IMG/VR virus record: IMGVR_UViG_3300042868_008486
Location: 44,810 to 108,809 of that record
Source: a virus
Taxonomy: Duplodnaviria > Heunggongvirae > Uroviricota > Caudoviricetes
Strand: one strand, 5' to 3'
Length of the DNA stretch: 64,000 nt
Shown here: in pieces, positions 27,067 through 39,343 of the stretch
Layout of the letters: each line of letters opens with the position of its first letter
How positions within the stretch are numbered: the stretch's first letter is position 1
Translations under genes and position numbers: made by a program
Notes under the pieces: model-generated
What the model saw: only the letters and a program-made list of their open reading frames with translations
Databases searched by the model: none
Told to the model about the DNA's origin: nothing

Positions 27067-28743
27067 TTAAAAATGGTCAGGGTCATAAAATTCTCTATCC
27101 ACAAAAATAAGTTCACCACCAAATATAGAATCATAACCTTCCATAAAAGTATCCAAATCTCTAATACCACAACGATAAAACAGAAGTGGTCTTAAATCTG
27201 AATTATATAGATGAATTACTTTATAGAGTTTATCTCCTTTCCCATCTACTTTTACCGTATCACCTTCCATTATCTCAATGAGATTTGATTTATTTCCATT
27301 AATACTTGGTTTATAATATAATTTATGTATCATCGGACGTTAGTATTAATTTATTTATCCCCATCAATCTTTATCTCTCTATACAAGGAAGGATTTACAG
27401 GTTTATTTTTGTAGATATGTGTGTTCTTCAAATACTTTGGTTTAATGAAGAAATGTTTTATCTTCAAAAGTAAATTCTTCCATTTATTTGCATACCACAC
27501 TGTTTCACCGTTTATTGATGTACTTACAGTTTTGATTGTATAAGGCACCCAAACAATTCCTTTATCTTTATTATCTTCCATTTTTATATTATTTAACTAA
27601 CATAGCACCATTTAATGCTTGAATGATTGCGTCTCTAACTGAATGACAATCTTGGTATGTTTGAACATCATACATACCTGTTTTAATGTCAATCACATCA
27701 ATTAAAAATCTTTTTAATTGTCTGTATTTAGGTTCCCCAAAGCCGTGGTCAGTGGTGATGTAAATACGTTTCCCTTTATAAACGGCTTCAAATTCATTTT
27801 CCGTGTTTATTGTTATATTACGGTTTTGAAAAACACATCCAGCAACTTTCATATTAATTTTGTTTTGATAGTTTTTGTATAATTTGAATTAATTCCCATT
27901 TAGTTTTATCTTCTAAATTATATGGATGATATTCACCGAATTCTTTACTATCAACACATATCCCTAAACTCTTTTTACCCTTGCAACCTTTGTGAGTTGT
28001 AACTGTAGGATTTGAGTCGTGAAAAAACTCATCACATCCATAACAAAAATGTCCCACACTTTCCATATTATTTAGAATTATTACTTATTAACCACTCCGT
28101 AAACGTTTTCGTTGTTTTTTGATTTTCTTTAATCCAATCATCATAAAGTTTCTGTGGATTGTTATTGTATATTCTCCATAAAGCAAGTCTCATTAGAACA
28201 CTTTGTCTTAAACATTCAGGATGTTTTTTAACAATTAAATCAACCTTTTGGTCGTCGGTTAAACAATGTCTCCACCATAATTCCGCATCTTTTGATGCTT
28301 CAACTCCTTTAGCTATGTGTGATGTGTTGGATTTATATCCATATCCTAATTGGGGGAATGCTGCCATATTATTTAGATTTTAAGTTATCAATTTCAGCTT
28401 GTAGTTGTGCGATTCTTGCTTGTTTTTTAGCGTCCTCTAATATTCTAACAGTTTCCAAATGTTCATCAATTTCTTCTTGTGTTGAAGGTTTATAATTAAC
28501 ACCCTCAATTTCAACTTCATTATGGTCACAATGATACCCAACTCTCACATAATTAGCACCATCTTTTTCCAACTGATTAAGAATTTCTCTCATATCATTA
28601 ATACTAATCATACCACCATCAACTCTTTCTCTATCACCGATTTCGTCATATCTACCGTCATTATCCCAATCATAACCATTTTCACCTGCTGGGTCACAAT
28701 AGTGTTGCTCAATACCAATATTTTTTTGTGTGAAGTATTTCAT
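27067..28743 (-). other. Block of six small hypothetical genes (27067, 27351, 27589, 27854, 28068, 28369)
   Basis: Tightly packed 70-124 aa minus-strand ORFs downstream of cassette copy 3. Confidence 0.65.
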
Positions 28744-28766
28744 AGTCCTTATCTTTTAATGTTCAA

Positions 28767-28803
28767 CAAATATAATAAAAAAAGGGATAACTTTCATTAT
28801 CCC
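28767..28803 (-). promoter_or_regulatory. Hairpin + promoter cassette, copy 3
   Basis: Identical to copy 2. Confidence 0.85.
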
Positions 28804-28816
28804 CCAATTTTATTAT

Positions 28817-30321
28817 TTAACTAATCCCACTGTCATATTCATAACCACATTGGAAACACTCAACCCACATTGTATCAGTACCATCATTTCGGTAAGCCCC
28901 TAAATTGTGATTTTGTTCTCCACAATCTTTACAAGGTTCATCCAATAAGTCGTCTATTAAATCAAAATCTTCCTGTTTCATCTTCCATATTCTTGAATTA
29001 AACCAATTTCTTGTTTTCGGAACAGTATTCTCAATGTAAAACCCCCGCATTTAAAGATTCTTGACCCTATTGGAGACACTTCAAGATATACCTTACCCTT
29101 TATACCATCTTGTCGGAATTTGTTCGTTACGGCGTATTTTAAGAACTTTTTTCTTTTACGTGGTATTCTACGTTTTGAATCATCAAAAAATCCCCCACTG
29201 TTTGGGTCTTTAGGTTTAACTCTATTGTGTTTTTTACAGTAATGGTTTCCTTTATAATCCACAGAATATCTTGTTGGTATTCCACACTTACAACACTTAT
29301 CTAACGGTTCAAACACCATAGATGAGTATGAACAATATTTACAATATCCATAACCGTCTCTACGGTCTCTTCGTTCCATTTCGTGGTTACAGGTGGTAAC
29401 TTTAAGATACTTTTCCCAACATTGTTCTTCGGCTTCTTGAATTGAACTACCTTCACCTCTCAAGAAACAACTCGGATTCTTGGGGAATGCCTCAAAGAAT
29501 GCGGTATTATAACTTCCCTTTTTTGAAAGTACTAAACCTCTATCACCACATTGGACACCACAGTCTTCAGGCCATTCTTTTTGGCAATCATAATCTTCAC
29601 CAAAACTTTTTCTTGCTTTTTTCATTATCACCAATATTATTTATTATCTGTAAATAACTCCATTGTATTTTCCATATGAAGATTTATATGTTTGTCGTTC
29701 CCATCTACGTTTACCACCATTGTTATGGATGTTCCTTCATAATCCATATGATATCCTGATACGGATACTATTGTTCCTACGTGTTTCTTTATCTGTAAAT
29801 CATCCCAATGGGTCTTGAGTTGATATGCTTCTTTGTTTTCTTCATTGTTATTGATGTACCAATGAGATATTCTTCTGTTGTTTGTAACCCAATTGTCACT
29901 ATAAACAAATAAAGCATCGTATTCATATACAACCACGGACCTACCTTTAAGGGTTTCGGTTATTATGTCATTTAGTGTTGTATTCATATTATATTAAACC
30001 GTTAGGTGACCCTTTTCTCAATTCATCAGCCAATATGTTGAATGTTTCCTTAATTATCGGATGATTTTTATAAGGTTTACCAAATACTAGTAGAGTTCTT
30101 AATATCCCCCGATTTGTTTCGTTGGTATATTTCATCAGGTATTCGTTGTATTTTGTCATTACCTCATCGGATGGTGGACCTGATTTCTTACCTGTGAATG
30201 GTTCAAGATATTTTTCGGCTCCTAATATTTCAGCACAATCTTCTCTGATTTCGTGGAAAATCTTAAAGTTATCGTTAGTTCCCTCAGAAAACATTGGGTT
30301 GTATTTAAATTCTCGTCTCAT
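28817..30321 (-). other. Block of four hypothetical genes (28817 CxxC zinc-ribbon-like, 28978 Cys-rich 218 aa, 29637, 29989)
   Basis: CKDC/CFQC in 28817; CxH, CxxC, CxxC in 28978. Confidence 0.65.
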
Positions 30322-30337
30322 ATTATTATCGTTTCAA

Positions 30338-30374
30338 CAAATATAATAAAAAAAGGGATAACTTTCATTACCCC
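30338..30374 (-). promoter_or_regulatory. Hairpin + promoter cassette, copy 4
   Basis: caaatataataaaaaaagggataactttcattacccc. Confidence 0.85.
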
Positions 30375-30384
30375 CCAATATTAT

Positions 30385-32386
30385 TCATTTCTTTAAATTT
30401 AATATTGTTTGTAAAAATGGTTTAATTAAATCATTCATTGTAACTTCTTCTAAACCTACGTTGTGATAATCAGTATGATTGGCAATTTTAACCATCCAAT
30501 CACATTCACTTCTATTAACTCTAATACCATCAATCTCAATTTCAAATGGACCAATATCTTTTATCATAAAGGTGTGGTCAAAATCAGGATGTTTATATTC
30601 TCTCATCTTTTAAGTTTTCTTTTTTGTAAACAAGTAATGCACTTCCTTGACCGTGAATTATTTCAAACACCCAATTATCTAAATAATACATTGAACCTGT
30701 AAACATTCCACAATACTTATTGAATTCTTCCTCGGTGAACTCTGTTCCGTATTTATTAGCATAAGTTGACATAACCCAAAGAAGTGTTTCCCTTGGTTCA
30801 TATCCTAAACTATGTTCGCGACTAATATACTCACTTGAATCATATTTATCTATCAACTTTTGAATTATTTCATCTAACCTATCTCGATAATTGTCGTGAA
30901 TATACTGAATGTATCTTTCCTTTCTTTCTTCATCGGCTTTAAGTTTTTCGGAAAATCTTTTCATACTTTCTTCACCTTCAGGTGAGTTAAGAAAATCTTT
31001 TAATGCCAGTAAATTTTTATTATAATCCATTTTAATTTTTTAAATCATCAATAATCTCACGAAACTTAATCATATAATCATAGTTCTCGTTTTCGTTATG
31101 AACGTTCTTCATTCTATCGTATATCCATTCTAAATGAATAATATTCTCCTGTTTCTTTTTTAGTCTTTCGGCTAGTTCTCGGAGAAGTTGTATTTGGTAT
31201 TGGTGGGTCATAAACTATTAATTACGATATAATTTAAACAATCATCTGCGGCTTCATCCATTGTTTCAAAACCCCACCATTCACAAGATTTAATAACATT
31301 GTTACCTGGTAATCCTACGTGTGTCCAAGTAATTCTTGTGTACCATTCACCGTCTTTGCGTCTAATTTTATTTTGGAATACGACAGACATACTTGAATTG
31401 AAGATTGCGTTCATTTTTTGACTTAATGTAATTTCTTCCATTGTTTTTTATAATTAAGGTAAGTATTTTACTATTAATACGATTCCCATTATACTAGAAT
31501 ATATGATTGACATTGCTAATAGAAAGGTCCACGCTTTCATATCTTCATCAAATATGGTATAATGTCCATATAATTTTTTAAACTTCATCAATCCGAAGAT
31601 TGAATATAATATAGTGATAGTTGTTAGTGTAATCATTTTATTCTCTTATTAATTTATATTCTACAGTATCTACTACTGTTACTTTATTTTCTTTATGGAT
31701 TGGGTTATTACAGGTTCCTTTATGTGTTCCCCAATCAGTATTAAAACCACCAAACTGACCAATATATTGGCAACCATCAATAACAATTTCTTCTAATTCA
31801 TCACCATCACCATATCTAATCCCCGTATATTTTCTATCTACATTAGGTTCAGTACAACTACCGATTGTGAGACCTATAACCAAAGTTAATAATAATTTTC
31901 TCATTTCTATATATTAATATAATTTATTGACAACATATTCTCCTAATATGTAGATGAGAAGTAATCCGACTAAACAAACAGCGACAACCGCAAAACCTAA
32001 AAGTCCGTGAAGTATTATCTCAATAAATTCAGGATTATCATCTTCATCAAAATCTTGAGATAATCTAATCATTAACTTACCCATACCATATAATATACCC
32101 ACGAATGAAGCCGCTATTGCCAACCCTATTATAAAATTCACTACAATCATTGTTTTTTATTTAATTCAATTAATAATAATTCGGTTGCTTGAACGGCTTT
32201 AATTGCTGCGGATGATAACGTGTCATTTTCAGCAATTAATTGTGTCATCAATTGTGTTGCAATATATTCTCTTTTGGTTAATCCTGTATTAGGAAATCCT
32301 GAACCTGTATATAATGGGAATGCTAGTTGTCTTCCTGATTCCATCGCTTGTTCTCTGTTTAATTTGTTTGCGTCGTCCTGTGTCAT
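30385..32386 (-). other. Block of small hypothetical and membrane genes (30385, 30593, 31032-31211, 31208, 31454, 31638, 31914, 32147)
   Basis: Packed ORFs incl. an unlisted 59-aa ORF 31032-31211 (MTHQYQIQLL...) and two TM-rich proteins. Confidence 0.65.
31638..31904 (-). CDS. Predicted lipoprotein
   Basis: MRKLLLTLVIGLTIGSC lipobox. Confidence 0.65.
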   Translation of the reverse strand: MRKLLLTLVIGLTIGSCTEPNVDRKYTGIRYGDGDELEEIVIDGCQYIGQFGGFNTDWGTHKGTCNNPIHKENKVTVVDTVEYKLIRE

Positions 32387-32429
32387 AATTTCAGATGTAT
32401 TTATTACTCTCGTTTATATTATAGGGGTA

Positions 32430-32990
32430 AGATTTACCCTCGTTTAATTTAATGTATCTTCCACCTCATCTTCGCAGTCATCTAATAGGGACCACGTTGA
32501 ATCTACCTTAATATTTAAGGTCTCTTCCACCGAAAACGGTTGAATTTTATTTGAATGGTTTGTTGAGAGTACCTTACAATTTAGGGTGTCTTCCACCACA
32601 CCACGATTCTCATTTTCATCAAAATAAGTTGAATCTACCTTAATATTTAGGGTCTCTTCCACATTTAAGTGTTGTGATAACCCAAAATCAACTGATTCTA
32701 CCTTACAATTTAGGGTGTCTTCCACCACCTCTACCAATCGTTGACCATAATTCTTTGTTGTGAGTACCTTACAATTTAGGGTGTCTTCCACCTTTGAAAT
32801 AAGAATTAATTCATTCGGATTAGTTGAGAGTACCTTACAATTTAGGGTGTCTTGCACCAGCTTGCGTTGTGAAGACAATCGTTCCGGTGTTGAGAGTACC
32901 TTACAATTTAGGGTGTCTTGCACCGCGGTATTTTCATCTAAGTTGTGTAATTCAGTTCTACCTACCTTAGCATTTAGTTTATTTTCCACC
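32430..32990 (-). CRISPR. CRISPR-like array embedded in frame in a CDS: 8 full 36-nt repeats + terminal partial repeat, 8 unique spacers (7 x 30 nt, 1 x 27 nt)
   Basis: + strand repeats at 32496, 32562, 32628, 32691, 32757, 32823, 32889, 32955 (degenerate), partial ending 32465; consensus GTTGAGAGTACCTTACAATTTAGGGTGTCTTCCACC (minus: GGTGGAAGACACCCTAAATTGTAAGGTACTCTCAAC); internal hairpin; spacers unrelated to each other; no cas gene in window. Confidence 0.65.
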
Positions 32991-33235
32991 CATTCAGAGA
33001 TTAATTCCTGAAAGACCTCACTAGACATAGAAAATAACGTCATATAAGATTTGAAGAAATCATATCTCCACCACAGGTAATTGGTTTCAACTTTATATTC
33101 TAAGTACCAATATTTTTCTTCTCGGTTAACAAACCAAATACCTTTTGTGTTTGGGTTATAAATAATCTCACATTTATTGAGTTCTGTCTCAATCTGTTTA
33201 ATAAACCCTTGTTTAAATTTCTCAGGATAATTCAT
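32444..33235 (-). CDS. ~85-aa family domain followed by translated repeat-spacer units (VEDTLNCKVLST + 10 variable aa)
   Basis: 263 aa, no internal stop; N-terminal domain ends ISEWVENKLNAKV like the 12712/13137/4478 family. Confidence 0.75.
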   Translation of the reverse strand: MNYPEKFKQGFIKQIETELNKCEIIYNPNTKGIWFVNREEKYWYLEYKVETNYLWWRYDFFKSYMTLFSMSSEVFQELISEWVENKLNAKVGRTELHNLDENTAVQDTLNCKVLSTPERLSSQRKLVQDTLNCKVLSTNPNELILISKVEDTLNCKVLTTKNYGQRLVEVVEDTLNCKVESVDFGLSQHLNVEETLNIKVDSTYFDENENRGVVEDTLNCKVLSTNHSNKIQPFSVEETLNIKVDSTWSLLDDCEDEVEDTLN

Positions 33236-34846
33236 AATGGTTTATTATTAATTGCCTCATTGTGGTATTGTTTTAATTTAGAGATTCTATTCTTCATTTT
33301 AACTGACATAAATTTCTCTAAAGTAACTTTATTATATTCAAATTTAAGTGCTGGGTTAGTCATTTTCCCTGCGTATTTATGATATCCCATACCCCAATTC
33401 ATTCCGTTATCCACAACATCATAAACATTTATGATAACATTTTTATCTGTAACACTTTGAACTATAGCAAGGACCTCCTGAGTTGGGTGGTATAATGAAT
33501 TTGTAAACTCAGGTTGTCTTGGGTTGCTAACATATCCGTATACGTTTTTTAACTCGTCAATAACGTTTTTCATCATTTGGTCCTTGTTCATAGTATCAGT
33601 GTTTTAGTGGTTTGTCTTACAAATATAATAAAAAAACCCCAACTTATCATTGGGGGTTGAATTATATTTCTTTAATTACTTTAAGTTTTTTTTCTTCTTC
33701 TTTTTGGAACTTATTTTGGAGTATTTTAGTTTCTCTTCTGCTCAATGCACCGTTAACCCAATCCTTAATATATTCAGATTTGAAATAGAAATTATCATTA
33801 AGAAGTCTATATTGTTCCATACGAAGATTTGGGGAATCCTCACATTCAAATTCTTCAATTTTCAATTTAAAGAACCACCACTTTTTTGTTACGTATTTCC
33901 TAACCGTTACACTCACCCAAGGTTTACTTAGGTGTCTACTAGAACTATACTCAAAATAACAATCATATGTTATTTCATCAATGGTACATTTAACCCAATC
34001 TTTCTCTTTAACATATTCTTGTTCCATACTATTTCTTTTTATTTTCTTCAAACCAAACATTGAAGTTTGCCGTTCTTATTTCTTTTTGAACTGTAACCAA
34101 TGACCCACAAAGTTTATCATCATTATGTGTTAAACCTTTAATAAGTAATTCTCTAACCTCATCTTCAGTATATTTAACTTGTTTAGGTCTTTCCATAGTA
34201 ATAATCACGTCAGCATTATCCGCAAAATATTTCCCTGTTTCATCTTGTTTAGGTTCATCTTGTGGTATGATGATTTTGTATTCTCTAATATCATTGTGTG
34301 CTATAAAGCCAATATGAGCATATTCACAAGTAGGATTCTTAACAAACCACTCTAAGAACTCATCATCAATATCTTGAATGCCATCAGCAATTAGTTTTTG
34401 GTCTGTTGTTAAGATGATTTTTTTAACATAGGGATTATTTAACATTTTTCCCTTAGATATCATTACTTCACCGTTTACTATATCTAATATATGGTCACCA
34501 ACTTTAATCTCTTCTGAAGATGTGATGTAGATGTTTTGATTAGATAAATGTACTGATTCTTTTTCTGATTGGATATTATCAAATAAGATTAGTTTTCCAG
34601 TATTAACATTCAATTGTAACCTACTTGGTTGGTCTGTTGGGATTATAAATATATTTTTCATACTATTTCTTTTTAAAAATTATACTTATCTGACCTACTC
34701 TTTAAAAACTTTGTAATTTTCCTTGAACAGAATAATCGTTCAAACCAATTAAGGCCCATAATAAACTTTTCAGCATCAATATATCTTTCCGTCAGTTGTT
34801 CCATTTTTTCTAATGAGAATTCAGTAACATTCTTAGTTTTATCCAT
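33232..34846 (-). other. Block of hypothetical genes (33232-33591, 33662-34027, 34029-34661, 34673-34846)
   Basis: 34029 carries KKIILTTDQ.LI.DG+Q.IDDEFLEWFVKNP.CE, a pattern I recall from Bacteroidota phages; hairpin+promoter variant at ~33620-33659. Confidence 0.65.
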
Positions 34847-34863
34847 ATCTCTTATTGTTTCAA

Positions 34864-34900
34864 CAAATATAATAAAAAAAGGGATAATTTTCATTATCCC
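34864..34900 (-). promoter_or_regulatory. Hairpin + promoter cassette, copy 5
   Basis: caaatataataaaaaaagggataattttcattatccc. Confidence 0.85.
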
Positions 34901-34925
34901 CCAATATTAAATTTTCTTTCCGAAA

Positions 34926-35408
34926 TCATTGGTAATTTACAATTTTAACACACCCTTGTGTTGACTTAATGTAGTCATCAATTTGTTCTTGAGTACAATC
35001 ATTAATGAATTTAAATTCAATCATACCCCAATCACTATCTGTTACTTCAGTTATAATTGGGATGGTTAATACATCATCACTATGGTAAATATAGATAGTA
35101 TCGTGTTCAACCTCATCATTAACAATTACATTAAATCGACCCCCAATCTTATTATCATCTTTGTTATAGTATTCCAATGTTTCAATTAACGGCATTAATG
35201 ATGGGTGTAATTTAACTGTATTTGGTCCACCTCTACGTGAACTTTGGTATATGTGAGCACCAATATAATTAATACGAGTCATTAATGTTTGGTTCCAATC
35301 TTTTTGTGAGTAACTGATTGTTTCAACCAATTCTTTAGCACCTTGGTAATCCCAATCTTTGCTATGTGCACAATTTTCTTTTGTTAATTCTCTATAATTC
35401 TTCTTCAT
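34926..35408 (-). CDS. Truncated paralog of a T4-gp23-type major capsid protein (A-domain segment); start corrected to 35408
   Basis: WDYQG.K.L...SYSQKDWNQTLMTRINYIGAHIYQSSRRGGPN...LEY...GRFNV resembles the WDY.G...QKDWNQTL...RGGAN...GRY.V segment I recall from jumbo-phage capsids. Confidence 0.55.
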   Translation of the reverse strand: MKKNYRELTKENCAHSKDWDYQGAKELVETISYSQKDWNQTLMTRINYIGAHIYQSSRRGGPNTVKLHPSLMPLIETLEYYNKDDNKIGGRFNVIVNDEVEHDTIYIYHSDDVLTIPIITEVTDSDWGMIEFKFINDCTQEQIDDYIKSTQGCVKIVNYQ

Positions 35409-38400
35409 AATTAAATGTTGTCCAATTATTAACATATTTTTGTTTATCCCACCCTTGTAGGTTCATAAAGATTGGTTCACCTTCATCAGTTCTAATAACA
35501 ACCCAATCTTCACCTTCGGCTTCAATAATACTACCTGTTAAGTCATATCTTCTACCTGCGAAACCATTACAGAAGAAGTCCTTAATTTCTTTTCCGATGT
35601 TACTCATTCGTCCAATTCTTTAATTCTTCAACAACGTTATTATTTATATCCGTACAGAAATCTCGTTCTAAGATATTCAACAATGCTTGTTCAGCATCAA
35701 GACCATACTCATTGGTTGCCAAGTCAATACACTCATCATCAGTTTTATTATGCCAGAATGATAAATGTTTTAATAAATCATTCCCATCTATATTAATCTT
35801 CATAATTTTGATTTAATGTATTTGTTAATTTCTTTTCTAACTCTAATGTAAATTTTATCACGAACATCATCACTAAGAATGTTATTCACCTTAATACCTT
35901 TGAGTAATATAATAACATCACCAATATTAACTGCGTGATTCCAATATATTTCATCAGTTAAATTTGGAACATCCTGATATAAACTTCTATCGTATATCTT
36001 CAATTCTAAATTAATATCAAATTGAAATTCTTTGTTATACTTAACAGTAAAGTTTTTTTTAACGATTTCCATATTATCTTTCCGTTTCAGCAATCAAAGA
36101 CATTATCTCATCCTTTAAGGTCTCACAAGTATTTGCTAATCGGTTTATAATATCAACAACATCATCATTTGTCTTATCAAATTTCTCATCCGAGATAATT
36201 GAAGATAATGTCCAAAATGGTGTTAATTTGTTCCTAAGTTTGGCTTGGGGTGTTTCATCAACCCAAACCCCATTAATATCTCTGTGTCCCGTTTTCTCAC
36301 TCATATTCTTATTCGTTATCGTATTTGAAATCCATAAATTTAGGTTCTAATATATCACCTAATGGTTCAAGTTTATCCAAACTTGTTGATACTTCTCCGT
36401 GAATAACTTTCAATAAACCAGGTATTATTAATCCAAACGTAACTTCATATAAATCACCGAAAAAACAAGTATCACTATTCCAAATTGTATGCGTAACTTC
36501 TACAACATATTCTCTAGTCGTAATAAACGATTGTTGTAAATTAACAAACCAAAGTTGTGTTCCGATTGGGACAATATATCTATCCCCAATTTTAACCTTT
36601 CCCATATTTCTCACTAGCTTTTAAAGCACTTGAAAGGTAATCCCAAGCACCATCATTAACTTCTTTACCATTAACTTGCATTACCGTGTATGCCCATTCA
36701 TTATAGTGGTTTTGTTCGAAAATAACAACCACATCGTCATTTGAATTACGGGTTGTTATTTTTCTATGTGATACGTATTTATTTTTACCCATTAATTTAA
36801 TTCTAATTCTGACGCTTCTTTACAACTATTACAATCAGGTTCGGCTTGTATTTTATAGTAAGGTTTTCCGTTTTTAGTTAAAGTATCCAATATCAATACT
36901 CGGTTACTATATAACTTATAAGTTGTTACATCCCCAATATCGTGTTTGAATCCATCATCGCAGGATAGTAATAACCCAAACAATCCGATTAATAATAATT
37001 TTCTCATATTAATGAATTTCACTAAGTTCAACTTTATATAACTTGTACTCTTCAATAACTCGGTGTTTACCAGTACCACTAATTAATTTATAACATTGTT
37101 CATTATTTTTAGTTATTGTATCTTGAACAACTAATAACCCTTTAACAAGTTTTTGTTCTACCAAATCCCCTTTTTTAAATCTCCATTCTTTTTGGTCGCA
37201 ATTACAGGATAGTAATACACCGACTAAAACTATTAATATTATTTTTTTCATTTTATCACTTTAAAACATTTTACACAACAAATATTCCCTGTTGTACTAA
37301 TATAGGTATTTTCATTAGGATGTTCACCACATATTTTGTTATTGTAGAGGTTTTTAGTTATATCACTAATAAAATCATACATTTCAATATGACCATTAGT
37401 ACAATGAACTTCAAAACCTCTGTGATGTTTAATAGGATTACCTATCTCCCACCCATCCTTATCAACTTTAAAATTGGTTTCAATAAGTTCGTTAATATAC
37501 TCAACTTCTAATTCAACAAACGTTTCTTTTGTTGGTATTTTAATACCTAACCCACCAAATCCTGATATTCTTTCTTGTTGTACCATTTTTTAAAAAATTA
37601 ATTAAATTTTTCAATTATTTCCATAGCTTTTTCCAAACCGTCAATTTGACCGTTAACATATGTGTTGATAAACATATTATCATCATCACGTTCATTTTTT
37701 AATGATGTAATTTTATCCTGAATCTCCACCAATATTTCACTTAGATAATTCATATTATTTCTCCCCTTTCAATTTCTAATTTTCTATCCAACAATTCAAC
37801 CTTTCTTCGAATCTTATCTCTAATATCTTGTTTAGTATATGTTTCATCCTCAATATCCAAATAGAGTTTAAAGATTAACTTTGGTTGTTCAACCGTAATT
37901 TTAGGGCCGAATAACCAATGTTTTCGTTTAGTAACCATTTCAGTTCCTTCATAAAACTCCGTCTCGTATGTTAGCCCGTCATATTCATTACAATCCGAAA
38001 AAATTTCGTATTGGAACTCTCTACCGTGATAATTAATCGTTTTCATTCTTCATCAATTTTTTCAATACTTGAAATTATTGTTTTGTCAATTGGGTAACAA
38101 GCTACAAGTATGTTCTCATCATAAAATGAGTAAAACCCTGAACTTGTACTGCTATTTGTTGTAGTATGAAATTTGGTCGCAAATACTGAGACGGTCCAAT
38201 GTGTATGACCTGCAAGAACTATTAAATTGTATTTATTCATATCTAATATTGTTTAACTATTTGGTCACTTAAATATACATTACTAACTTCCATCCCGATA
38301 ATATTAGTACCAACACCAAGATGAACTTGTCTTCCATCTATTTTGGTAATCTTACCTGAATCCTCAACTGAACCTGTAATTCGGTTAATAACCTTAACAT

Positions 38401-39286
38401 AATCACCTACTTTGATGTATCTTCCGTTTTTATCTGTCGTTTCCATAAATCAAATATAATAAAAAAAACTTAACAAACACCCAACTACAACAATAAAAAA
38501 TATTGTTAGATAAAAAAATGACTGATAAAAAAAATATCGTTGTTCAAACTTTGATAATTCGTTAGAGACATCCCTCCAAGTCTTATCAGGTATCGGTCTA
38601 CCTCTCTTTGATTCCCAATTACTTTTTTGATAATCCAATAATATCTCTCTAGTTTTATTTAACTTAACCATCCCGTGTATTTTTACCAAATATAATAAAA
38701 AAAAACCATCTATTATTTAGTTTTCCCAATCAATTTTAGGACAATACTTATGGTACTTCGCTTTGATGAATTCAATTAGTATACTTGGTTTAGATTCAAC
38801 GTAATGTGGGTTTGGAACATAATCACCAACATTATCATCCCATATAGTCCGTTTAGTTCGTCTGTCTCGGATTCTACGTTTAAGTTCCAATACACCCCAA
38901 GTAATTGAACCTATCAACCCAATAAAAGTTACAACACCACCTGTAAGATATAATGAATAACCTAATGTTTTTTGATAATATATTATCCAATAAGAAGATA
39001 TGAAAACACCGACTCCGATTACTGCTAAGATAGCCGCATATATTAAAAGTCCCATAACCGCATAAGGTCCTATTGGAACATTTTCATCAATATCATTTGT
39101 CACTTTTCTAACAATCCAAGTTGGTAACAACAATGGTGAAAGTATAATTGTTAATACCCAAGCAAAAACAAGTTTCCAAAAATAAGGACAAAGTGTTTCA
39201 GGCATTCGGTGTGTGTCATAAAACCATCTATATAGTTTTGACGATGTTGAGTTGTAATTAATTTTCATAGGTTCTTTTTTTAACAA
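35392..39286 (-). other. Block of ~15 small hypothetical genes incl. tandem lipoprotein paralogs (36792, 37009) and membrane protein 38717
   Basis: LLLSC and VLLSC lipoboxes; unlisted 51-aa ORF 37598-37753; TATATTTG promoters ~38451, ~38687. Confidence 0.65.
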
Positions 39287-39320
39287 ATATAATAAAAAAA
39301 GGGATAACTTTCATTATCCC
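39284..39320 (-). promoter_or_regulatory. Hairpin + promoter cassette, copy 6
   Basis: Identical to copy 2. Confidence 0.85.
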
Positions 39321-39343
39321 TCACATATTATTTTATTCGTTTT

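Noticed and set aside
32430-32990. Array as a diversity-generating retroelement target or a TIGR array
   Set aside because: No reverse transcriptase, no template/variable repeat pair with adenine-specific changes, no Nop-domain gene; units have one 30-nt spacer rather than two short ones
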